Source of the DNA: Candidatus Woesearchaeota archaeon
GTDB taxonomy: Archaea; Nanobdellota; Nanobdellia; Woesearchaeales; JAADFO01
NCBI GenBank assembly: GCA_016926055.1
Contig: JAFGPE010000101.1
Coordinates: 1-41,411 of the forward strand
Length of the DNA stretch: 41,411 nt
Direction of reading: 5' to 3'
The position numbers and the translations under genes are program-made. This document shows, piece after piece, positions 18,043-25,743 of this stretch (positions within the stretch are counted from its first letter, which is position 1; every line of letters starts with the position of its first letter). The notes under the pieces are model-generated. The model ran no database searches. It was given only the letters and a program-made list of their open reading frames with translations, and had not been told where the DNA came from.

Positions 18043-18876
18043 CTATTTTGGAGATTCGATTCTTACAACATTCTTCCTTATGTAAGCGCTGAACCTGTCT
18101 ATCAATGTAACCATCAGGACCATTATGATTAGGATTGTAAGTACCTCTCTGTTCCTAAAAAGCCTCATGCTGGTTATCAGTTCCATGCCTATTCCTCCTG
18201 CACCAACCAGACCAAGAACAGTTGCAGCTCTGAAGTTATTCTCCAAATAATAGAGCACGTAGTTAAGGAATAGGGGCTTTACCTGCGGAAATATGCCTCT
18301 CGTAATGACCTGTATCTTATTCGCTCCAGTAGACACAATCGCTTTTATGACCTCCGGGTCGGCAGTCTCTATGGCTTCTGAGAAATACCTTCCCAACGCC
18401 CCTGTCACATGGGCTGTCAAGGCGAGGACTCCCGGGAACGGACCCAGGCCAACCATTGAGACAAAGATAAGGCCCCATACAATCTCATTGATTCCCCTGC
18501 ATGTGTCGAATATTGTTCTAACTCCATGGTATATTAATTTGTTATGCATTATGTTTCGTGCAGCCAAAAAAGACAAGGGGAAGGCAATCAGGGCACCAAG
18601 AGTCGAGCCGACAATGGCCATCTGCAGGGTTTCCACAGCCTTCAGAAGAAATTTACCGAGGTTACTTATGTCAGGGGGAAACATTCTTTTTACAAAATCA
18701 GCCATGAAAGGAAAGCCCTTGACGAAATCAGAAGGGCTGAACTTTGCACCGCTTAGTGCCCAGTAGTAAATAATCACTATAAGAATCCCAATCATCAGCT
18801 TTTTGTACTTTCCCTCCACAAACATTCTTTTCAGCTTTGCTACAAAATCAGGATTGTCGCTTTTCTTTATTTTCAT
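18043..18876 (-). CDS. phnE: phosphonate-type ABC transporter permease
   Basis: 6-TM ABC permease with an EAA-type loop 'EAIETADPEVIKAIVSTGANKIQ'. Adjacent to the PhnC- and PhnD-like genes. Confidence 0.8.
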   Translation of the reverse strand: MKIKKSDNPDFVAKLKRMFVEGKYKKLMIGILIVIIYYWALSGAKFSPSDFVKGFPFMADFVKRMFPPDISNLGKFLLKAVETLQMAIVGSTLGALIAFPLSFLAARNIMHNKLIYHGVRTIFDTCRGINEIVWGLIFVSMVGLGPFPGVLALTAHVTGALGRYFSEAIETADPEVIKAIVSTGANKIQVITRGIFPQVKPLFLNYVLYYLENNFRAATVLGLVGAGGIGMELITSMRLFRNREVLTILIIMVLMVTLIDRFSAYIRKNVVRIESPK

Positions 18877-18878
18877 TT

Positions 18879-19652
18879 TCAGAAACCCGTCTTTCCGTAG
18901 AGATACCAGTCTTCAGTCTTGCCGTAGATGTCAACAATATCTTTTTCAGTAAGGTCAACTGGCTTTCCATCGAAAACAATCGTTCCGTTTTTCATTCCAA
19001 TTATTCTTGAGCCATATCTCTTGGCAAAATCAAGAAAATGCAGGCTTGTGACTAGAGTTATTCCTTTCTCATCGCATATCTTCTTGAGAAGGTCCATCAC
19101 TTCCTTCATTAGCTTCGGGTCAAGATTTGACACGGGTTCATCAGCCAATATTATGTCAGGCCTTTGGGATAGTGCCCTTGCGATAGCAACCCTCTGCTTT
19201 TGCCCGCCGCTCAGGCTAGAAACCCTGTCCTCAGCATTCTCTTCAAGGCCAACCCTCTTTAGATTCTCTCTTGCCACCCTGTAATCCTCCCTAGAGAACC
19301 TGCCAAGTATTGTCCTCACGGTGCTCATGTACTTCAGCCTGCCGTTCAGCACATTGTCAATGACAGTGTTCCTTTCAATAAGGTTGAAGTTCTGGAAAAT
19401 CATGCTGACCTTGCCCCTTATCTTCTCTGCTTTTTTTTCATGGCAATTGACGATGTCTTCACCTTCAATGAAGATTTTTCCTGTTCTTGGCTCTATCAGT
19501 CTGTTTATGCATTTGAGCAGGGTTGACTTGCCTGAGCCCGAGGAGCCGATTATAACAACACTCTCCCCTTTTTTTACATGGAGGCTGATATTTCTAAGTG
19601 CTTCTTCGCTTCTGTTCTTATACATGTGACTCAAATTTTTTATTTTTATCAT
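18879..19652 (-). CDS. phnC: phosphonate-type ABC transporter ATP-binding protein
   Basis: Walker A 'GSSGSGKSTLL', signature 'LSGGQKQRVAIARAL', Walker B 'IILADEP'. Confidence 0.8.
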   Translation of the reverse strand: MIKIKNLSHMYKNRSEEALRNISLHVKKGESVVIIGSSGSGKSTLLKCINRLIEPRTGKIFIEGEDIVNCHEKKAEKIRGKVSMIFQNFNLIERNTVIDNVLNGRLKYMSTVRTILGRFSREDYRVARENLKRVGLEENAEDRVSSLSGGQKQRVAIARALSQRPDIILADEPVSNLDPKLMKEVMDLLKKICDEKGITLVTSLHFLDFAKRYGSRIIGMKNGTIVFDGKPVDLTEKDIVDIYGKTEDWYLYGKTGF

Positions 19653-19684
19653 CCTAAAATCTCCAGTACCCTGCTTGTATCACT

Positions 19685-19741
19685 TCAGCAAATCGTTTTC
19701 AGGGCAGGATAATTGCTATGTATGTCGCTAATCAGAGCCAT
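19685..19741 (-). pseudogene. 18-codon relic resembling the N-terminus of a metallophosphoesterase
   Basis: 'aaggagga'-N3-ATG, then 'MALISDIHSNYPALKTIC*'. 'ISDIHSN' matches motif I (DxH) of calcineurin-like phosphoesterases. It lies in the 132-nt phnD-phnC spacer. Confidence 0.3.
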
Positions 19742-19784
19742 TCTCCTCCTTGAACTCTCTGCAGCTGCTAATTTCTAAAATGAA

Positions 19785-20717
19785 TTATTTTGTTGCAGAT
19801 TCAGCATTTGTTACGTCCATTCCCAGTGTTTTCGCAGTTTCCCTTATTATATCATAGTCGCTGTCAGCAACTTTCTGGTATCTTGCAATATCGCCCCAGC
19901 CATCAACCTCATTAATTGTCTGCTCATCCATTTCGACAAGGGCTTGCTGTATCTTCTGCCTTAGTTCAGCAGGCAGGCTTTTCCTCACGACTATGGGTGA
20001 GCCAGGTATTGGAGGCGACTTGAACAGTATCTTGTTGACTTTCGGGTCAATTTCTCCAGCATTAACCATTCTTTCATAGGAGTTGTCGCTGTCTGCTCCT
20101 GCATCAACGTTGCCATTTGCAATTGCGTATTCTACAGCATTATGTGTGCCGGCATAATAGCTCATGCTAAAATCCTCTTCAGGGTCAATTCCATTGTCAA
20201 TAAGCATTTTTCTCGGTATAAGGTTTCCTGATGTGGATGCCGGGTCAACAAACGCAAACTTCTTTCCCTTTAAATCAGCCAGAGTCTCTACTCCGCTGCC
20301 AGCCCTCACCACAATTATTGATTGGTACTCGGCCTTTCCATCACTTCTCCTGATGCCATTGACAATTGCCTGGGCATCTGCAACATTCGCGGCGATGATG
20401 TACGAGAACGGACCAAACCATGCCATATCAATGTGCTTTGCCCTCATGGCTTCTATCGCTGCAGTATAGTCTGATGTAACCTGTATCTCCACAGGTATGC
20501 CCAGTTTCTTAGACAGATATTCTTTTACAGGCTCATAGCTTCTCAACATTTCTTCAGCGTCATCTGCTGGAATAAGGCCCATCTTAAGAACTTTAATCTC
20601 TTCCGAAGACGTTTCATCCGATTTAATCATATTTCCTGTTGCTTTGCTTTGTCCAGAGTTGCAGCCAGTCACTAAAACAAGCATGCACACCAGCAACACT
20701 ATTGCTTCTTTTTTCAT
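19785..20717 (-). CDS. phnD: phosphonate/phosphite-family periplasmic-type substrate-binding lipoprotein
   Basis: Lipobox 'LVLVTGC'. PhnD-family core 'LKMGLIPADDAEE...MAWFGPFSYI...FVDPASTSGNLIP'. Confidence 0.8.
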   Translation of the reverse strand: MKKEAIVLLVCMLVLVTGCNSGQSKATGNMIKSDETSSEEIKVLKMGLIPADDAEEMLRSYEPVKEYLSKKLGIPVEIQVTSDYTAAIEAMRAKHIDMAWFGPFSYIIAANVADAQAIVNGIRRSDGKAEYQSIIVVRAGSGVETLADLKGKKFAFVDPASTSGNLIPRKMLIDNGIDPEEDFSMSYYAGTHNAVEYAIANGNVDAGADSDNSYERMVNAGEIDPKVNKILFKSPPIPGSPIVVRKSLPAELRQKIQQALVEMDEQTINEVDGWGDIARYQKVADSDYDIIRETAKTLGMDVTNAESATK

Positions 20718-21508
20718 ATTTTTCTCCCCTCCTGTATTTCTCCTCCAATCCTTTTAAAATCCTGAACGGTGTCGAATTCCATCCAGCCCTTCTGAATCCT
20801 GACAGCATAAATCTCCTCTTTTTTGTCAACCATCTCCTGAAAAATATCAGTAATGTAGCTTTTCTGCCATTCCTTTGTGTTCTGATACGGGTCAGTCATT
20901 TTAAGAGTTGAATTAAGCCTGTCAAAATGCTTAAGGAATGTCCTTGCTCCTTCCGGAGTGAACTTCCATAGCCCAATAAATTCACCCTGCATGTCCTTCG
21001 GAGTGCCGTCTGTGAATATGTGTTTTCCAATCTTAAGTACCCTGTTTTTCTCATCAAGAATAACATTCTCAGCTTCCCCAATGGGATGGTCTGTCCTGCC
21101 TTTATAGTATTCCTGCCAGTCGGTGTCAACAATTGATGCAATCGGCTTTCTTGATTCAAGCAATTTCTTTACGACGCTGTCTTCATACAATATATCTGAG
21201 TATGTTATAACAACATCCTCTTCATTCTTTGTTGCTTCCTCAATTTTCGGCCTTGCACACATCAATGAATGAAGAATATTGTTGTTCCAGAAGTCAGCAT
21301 TCTCAAAATAGTTGATGCCGGGGAAATTAATCTTCTCTTTCTTATACCCTCTTATCACAGATATGTCTGTTATGCCGTTATTCCTGAAAAGCTCAATTGT
21401 ATTTTGTATTATCGACTTTCCTTTTATCTTAAGCATGCATTTTGGCAAATCATCAGTCAGGGGCCTTAATCTTTTGCAAGGTCCTGCAGCAATAACTATT
21501 CCTTTCAT
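20714..21508 (-). CDS. LicC/PntC-like cytidylyltransferase (phospho-/phosphono-alcohol type nucleotidyltransferase)
   Basis: 'MKGIVIAAGPCKRLRPLT', 'NNILHSL', and C-terminal 'MEFDTVQDFKRI', which parallels the LicC C-terminus. 4-nt overlap with phnD. Confidence 0.65.
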   Translation of the reverse strand: MKGIVIAAGPCKRLRPLTDDLPKCMLKIKGKSIIQNTIELFRNNGITDISVIRGYKKEKINFPGINYFENADFWNNNILHSLMCARPKIEEATKNEEDVVITYSDILYEDSVVKKLLESRKPIASIVDTDWQEYYKGRTDHPIGEAENVILDEKNRVLKIGKHIFTDGTPKDMQGEFIGLWKFTPEGARTFLKHFDRLNSTLKMTDPYQNTKEWQKSYITDIFQEMVDKKEEIYAVRIQKGWMEFDTVQDFKRIGGEIQEGRKI

Positions 21509-22047
21509 TTTTTCCTTCCTCCATAAATCCTGAATACTTTTCTGATTATGTTCTCAGTTGAGAGCTTGTCATAAAAAGGGGGCTGTGCAATCTTTCCTCC
21601 TATCTTTTTCACATATTCAGCCCCTGGAATTTTCTTCCAGTTTGAGCCGAAGACAAGAATAATTTCAGCATTCCTGAATTGCTTGTGGATGTTTTTCAGG
21701 TTTTCGGTAGGGTCAATATCATCCTGCGACATCACCATGTCAACACATCTCAAAGAGGATAGTATTGCCTCTCTTTCCTTAAGGCCGGCTATCGGCTCCT
21801 TCTTGTATGATTTTATTGCGTCATCACTAAGCACGCCGCATATGTGAAAGTCTCCAAGGGTATTTGCATTTTCCAGCAGCCGGAGATGGCCATAATGAAA
21901 CAAGTCACCTGTAACGACAGAGTAAACAATCCTGTTTATCTTCTGCTTTTCAATACCAACAATTTCGCCTTCCTTTATTCCTGAATCCTTGGGAATAGTT
22001 ACACAGAGCTGTCCGTTTGACTTGTTCAGCCAGACTGTTCTTTTCAT
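21505..22047 (-). CDS. HxGH cytidylyltransferase (TagD/ECT-like) with ~37-aa AbrB/SpoVT-like N-terminal extension
   Basis: 'VVTGDLFHYGHLRLLENA'. N-terminal 'NGQLCVTIPKDSGIKEGEIVGIE'. TAATG stop/start overlap upstream and 4-nt overlap downstream. Confidence 0.7.
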   Translation of the reverse strand: MKRTVWLNKSNGQLCVTIPKDSGIKEGEIVGIEKQKINRIVYSVVTGDLFHYGHLRLLENANTLGDFHICGVLSDDAIKSYKKEPIAGLKEREAILSSLRCVDMVMSQDDIDPTENLKNIHKQFRNAEIILVFGSNWKKIPGAEYVKKIGGKIAQPPFYDKLSTENIIRKVFRIYGGRKK

Positions 22048-22805
22048 TATTTCTCCCCTACAAGTATCACGTTCTTTACATCAATAAGGCAATCATCTTT
22101 CGTTATTTTCATATTGTATGCTTTCCTGAAAACATCAGAGCCATTGACGTGCATATCGTATATCTTTTTCTGTCTTGATTTGGGCAGACCGCTGTTATTC
22201 AGCCAATCCCTGACACTGAAGTTCCTCATCATATGCGTATGAAGCGTGATTTTTTTGAAACCGCCCTTTTTCATCATCCTTGTCAAGTCATCCTCAAGAA
22301 ATGTTAGCCTTTTTTCCTTAAGCCTGAATATCTTAACGTAGTCTTGCCTGACACCAGGAACCGGCGGAACCCCTTCACTTAAAATCATTTTTCCGCCTTT
22401 CTTCAGTATTCTGTAGCATTCATTCATTGCTTTTTGGGTGTTTTCAAGTATGTGGTGGAAAACCATTCTTGCAGTTATCTTATCAAAGACACCTTCATAA
22501 AACGTTGGCACCCTGATGTCCCTTTTTATAAAATATTTATTGCCTTGCCAGTTGCTGTGCTCGAGCATGTCCTGGGACTTGTCCAACCCTATGACTTCCT
22601 TTACAATGGGAGCTATTGCGTGAGCCACAATGCCCGTTCCTGTGCCAACATCTAGGACCAAGTCTGTTTTTTTGAAATTTCCCGCGGACACAAACGAATT
22701 CAGATATGAGTTGTCCTTTACCCACTTAAGGTTGTTGTACTTCTGAGACCTGACTTTCCAGAATCTCTCTTCCTGACTGGATGATTCCTTCCTTCCACTT
22801 TTCAT
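22047..22805 (-). CDS. class I SAM-dependent methyltransferase (Methyltransf_11-like)
   Basis: Motif I 'VLDVGTGTGIVA' and 'LKKGGKMIL'. Confidence 0.8.
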   Translation of the reverse strand: MKSGRKESSSQEERFWKVRSQKYNNLKWVKDNSYLNSFVSAGNFKKTDLVLDVGTGTGIVAHAIAPIVKEVIGLDKSQDMLEHSNWQGNKYFIKRDIRVPTFYEGVFDKITARMVFHHILENTQKAMNECYRILKKGGKMILSEGVPPVPGVRQDYVKIFRLKEKRLTFLEDDLTRMMKKGGFKKITLHTHMMRNFSVRDWLNNSGLPKSRQKKIYDMHVNGSDVFRKAYNMKITKDDCLIDVKNVILVGEK

Positions 22806-22808
22806 TCT

Positions 22809-22825
22809 ACTAGTACCACTAGTAC
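22809..22825. promoter_or_regulatory. tandem 'ACTAGTAC' repeats between the TATA box and start codon (candidate operator)
   Basis: 'actagtac-c-actagtac'. Each unit contains the palindrome ACTAGT. Confidence 0.3.
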
Positions 22826-22828
22826 TAA

Positions 22829-22836
22829 TATATAAA
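22829..22836 (-). promoter_or_regulatory. TATA-like box for the 22805..18043 operon
   Basis: Plus-strand 'tatataaa' centred ~27 nt upstream of the ATG at 22805. Confidence 0.4.
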
Positions 22837-22853
22837 GCTTTCTGTTCTTCAGA

Positions 22854-23579
22854 CTACAAGAATTTGTTTACTAGCCCAATATACTCCTTTGCATTGGCAC
22901 AGATGAATGCTTCTGCATACTCCATCTTTTCCCCACAGTATGTCAGTGCCCTGTAGCAGTTGAGCGAGAGGATTGCTTTTTCATAATTGAGTTCATTAAG
23001 CTGGCTTTTGTGTTTTCGTATCGCTTCAGCCTTCTTTTTCCAGACATCAGTTATATCAACAATCCTGCTGGGCATCAATGCCGTCCAAACTTCATATGCG
23101 CAGACCTTTGTCTTTATCGTGCAGGCCTTGGCAAATATCCTGTTTGCTTCTTTGTGGTCACGGTGGCTGTCAAAAAACCATGGAATGTATATGATGTTCG
23201 GCTTTAAATCGACCATTATTTTTTTCATTCTTTCAACAACATCCTTGGTCGCCTTAATCCTGTAATCCTTCTGCTCAAGAAAAACAAGATTCCTTATCCC
23301 CATTATTCTGGCGGCTTCCTTTGCCTCATTCTTTCTGATTCGAGCAACCTCTTTCTCGTCTTTATTACCTTTGATTCCTTTCTCGCCGTTGCAAAGATAT
23401 ACAACAGTTATATCATGGCCTTGCCTTATGTGCTTGCAAATTGTTCCGCCGCAGCCAAGAACATCATCGTCAGGATGGGGGGAAATAATAAGAACCTTTG
23501 GACCTTCTAATCTTTCAACCTTGCATAAAACTCCTGCTTTCTTATAAATCTCTTCCTTTAAATTACCCATTAGCTTCAT
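22854..23579 (-). CDS. PIG-L/LmbE-family N-acetylglucosaminyl deacetylase
   Basis: 'ISPHPDDDVLGCGGT' and 'HRDH' zinc motifs. Confidence 0.8.
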   Translation of the reverse strand: MKLMGNLKEEIYKKAGVLCKVERLEGPKVLIISPHPDDDVLGCGGTICKHIRQGHDITVVYLCNGEKGIKGNKDEKEVARIRKNEAKEAARIMGIRNLVFLEQKDYRIKATKDVVERMKKIMVDLKPNIIYIPWFFDSHRDHKEANRIFAKACTIKTKVCAYEVWTALMPSRIVDITDVWKKKAEAIRKHKSQLNELNYEKAILSLNCYRALTYCGEKMEYAEAFICANAKEYIGLVNKFL

Positions 23580-24544
23580 TTATCTCGACCTTCTAGCTTC
23601 TCAGCTTTTTCATACCACGAAATCGTCTTTTTCAATCCTTCAAGCAGCTCGGTTTCTGCCCCATAGTCCAGAAGCATTCTCATTTTTTCAACAGAGGCAC
23701 ATCTGTGAAGAATATCCTTCGGTCTCGGCTCCAGAAATACGGGCTTTATTTTCTTTTCCTTTCCTGCAGCCTTTATCACAGTGTTTGCCAGCTCAAGTAT
23801 TGTTGTTGCTTTGCCTGTTCCTATATTTATCGACTCACCATCAGATGCTTTTTTTTCCATTGCAATAAGTGAAGCTTCGATATTATCCTCAATGAAAGTA
23901 AAGTCCCTTGTCTGCATTCCATCGCCGAAGATAGTGGGGCTTTTTCCTTTCAGGACCTGCTCTATGAAGATGCCCGCGACAAAGCCATATGCAGAGGATA
24001 TCTGTTTTGGTCCATAAACATTGAAGAATCTTAGCGATGTTGTCCTTAGCCCGTATGTTGAGTAATACGAGCTCATGTACTTCTCTCCCGCGAGCTTAAC
24101 AACAGCATAGTTTATCTTCGGGTTGACTATGCCCTCCTCTTTTTCAGGAAGCTCGACGGGCTCACCATAAACTTCAGATGAGGAGGCAAACACAACCTTC
24201 TTGACATCGCCTTTCCTGCTAAGTTCTAGTATATTTTTTATGCCGACTAAATCATTCATGACAAGCAGAGGATTCTCAATAGTTCTCTTAACGCCGACAA
24301 CCGCCGCGTAATGGAAAACCATGTCAAATTCATTGTTTTTGAACAGCCTTTTCAAATCATCAGAATTGCAATCCCCCTTGACTAATCTGAAATTCCTTTT
24401 TTCTTTCAAGGAAAAAACATTTGTTTCTTTTCCAGTGCTTAGGTTGTCAAGGCAAACAATATTGTGGCCGTTAGAGACCAGCTCTTCACATAGATTGGAA
24501 CCAATAAATCCTGCTCCTCCTGTAACCAGAACATTCATTTTCAC
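23576..24544 (-). CDS. NAD-dependent nucleotide-sugar epimerase/dehydratase (extended SDR, GalE/UXS-like)
   Basis: 'VLVTGGAGFIGSNL' and catalytic 'YAVVK' (YxxxK). Confidence 0.8.
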   Translation of the reverse strand: MKMNVLVTGGAGFIGSNLCEELVSNGHNIVCLDNLSTGKETNVFSLKEKRNFRLVKGDCNSDDLKRLFKNNEFDMVFHYAAVVGVKRTIENPLLVMNDLVGIKNILELSRKGDVKKVVFASSSEVYGEPVELPEKEEGIVNPKINYAVVKLAGEKYMSSYYSTYGLRTTSLRFFNVYGPKQISSAYGFVAGIFIEQVLKGKSPTIFGDGMQTRDFTFIEDNIEASLIAMEKKASDGESINIGTGKATTILELANTVIKAAGKEKKIKPVFLEPRPKDILHRCASVEKMRMLLDYGAETELLEGLKKTISWYEKAEKLEGRDK

Positions 24545-25743
24545 TCTCTGATGTTTTGCATCATTGATTTATATATCTTTTCCAACCGGGCGATATGCGC
24601 TTTGACACCATGGTTCTTCTCCACAAGCTTTCTTCCCTCAACAGCAAGCCTTGTTGCCAGCTTCTTGTTCTTGAAAATATCCATTATTCTTCCAGCTAGC
24701 TCTTTTGAATCACCCGGTTTAACTATGAATCCTGTTTTGCCATGGATACACCATTCAGGTATTCCCCCTACATTTGTTCCTATGCAGGGGGTGCCGCATG
24801 CCATCGCCTCAATACCGCCAATGCCGAACTGCTCCATCAATAGCGAGGGCATGACAAAAACATTTGCATCATGATAGAACCTCTCCAGCTTGTCATTTTC
24901 AATCCTGCCCGAAAAACAGATGTTCTTTCTTATTCCCAGCTCTTTTACTAGAGCATCAATCTCTTCCCTGTCATCCCCCTCGCCAACAACAGTCAGTCTT
25001 GTATCAGGATACTTGCTAGTTACAATTGCCATCGCCTTTACAAGAACAATTAATCCCTTGGTCTTTGAAAATCTGCCTACAAACAAAATGTTCCTTCTGT
25101 CATCTCTTTCCGGCTTAAACTTCCATTTCTTCAAATCGAGAAAATAGGGCAGATGAATAACATTCCTGAATCCATCCTTCTCAAGATACTCTTTCAGCTT
25201 TTTTGATGGGCACAGAAAGCAATCAACTGTCTTTTTTATCATAAATCTCTTAATCCCGTGTGTAAGGAGGAACCCGACATAGTGGTGAGCGGGCATGCAT
25301 CCCTGTTTCAGGCATTTCAGTGCTAGCCTCTTATTTGGACAAAGTTTTCCGGTTGGAAGATAATATAAAATCGGGCAAAGCAGGGAATAGTCATGGACAG
25401 TCTGTACTATCGGCATTTTTGATTTCCTAGCGGCAAGAAGTATGGAATATGTCTGGTTCTGGTTCTGGTTAAGATGGATTATATCGGGATTTATTTCTTT
25501 TAATGCCTTTCTGAACAGAAGATATGTTTTGAGATTGAAGACGTTTCCGGCTATAAACCTTCCTATAAGCCCCTTTCTCTTTTTTTTATTAATAAACCTG
25601 TGCTTGTCATGAATTGGCTTGTCAGCAAACGAGAAAATAAAGACTTCATGGCCTTTTTTCCCGAGACATTCAGAAATCCTCAGGAAATGGCTTTCAGCGC
25701 CGCCGACATGATGGTAAATGTCGTTGTATTGAATGACTTTCAT
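24541..25743 (-). CDS. GT4-family glycosyltransferase
   Basis: 'VGGAESHF' and 'FGIGGIEAMACGTPCIGTNVGGIPEW'. ATG 25743 abuts the upstream stop; the track start 25791 overlaps it. Confidence 0.75.
   Translation of the reverse strand: MKVIQYNDIYHHVGGAESHFLRISECLGKKGHEVFIFSFADKPIHDKHRFINKKKRKGLIGRFIAGNVFNLKTYLLFRKALKEINPDIIHLNQNQNQTYSILLAARKSKMPIVQTVHDYSLLCPILYYLPTGKLCPNKRLALKCLKQGCMPAHHYVGFLLTHGIKRFMIKKTVDCFLCPSKKLKEYLEKDGFRNVIHLPYFLDLKKWKFKPERDDRRNILFVGRFSKTKGLIVLVKAMAIVTSKYPDTRLTVVGEGDDREEIDALVKELGIRKNICFSGRIENDKLERFYHDANVFVMPSLLMEQFGIGGIEAMACGTPCIGTNVGGIPEWCIHGKTGFIVKPGDSKELAGRIMDIFKNKKLATRLAVEGRKLVEKNHGVKAHIARLEKIYKSMMQNIRE

Noticed and set aside
18293-18766. 157-aa plus-strand ORF. The same kind of shadow ORF appears at 1490..1849, 2106..2564, 4360..4764, 5109..5618, 6671..7069, 7402..7851, 8220..8654, 11121..11537, 18928..19284, 29537..29941 and elsewhere.
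   Set aside because: All lie antisense to, or nested in, genes with strong family motifs (here phnE). They have no motifs or promoter-like context of their own.
19667-19710. Possible hairpin 'ccctg-N27-caggg' in the phnD-phnC spacer (attenuator or terminator)
   Set aside because: The stem is only 5 bp with a 27-nt loop and there is no adjacent T-tract. This is not distinguishable from chance.
20714-22805. Analogy to the Campylobacter O-methyl-phosphoramidate pathway (cytidylyltransferase plus methyltransferases)
   Set aside because: The defining glutamine kinase, gamma-glutamyl-CDP-amidate hydrolase and CDP-amidate kinase are not recognisable anywhere in the window.
24541-25743. Calling this GT4 a PIG-A orthologue because it is in an operon with a PIG-L deacetylase
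   Set aside because: The shared 'GGxESH' and EX7E-type motifs are generic to GT4. There is no specific evidence from sequence alone.
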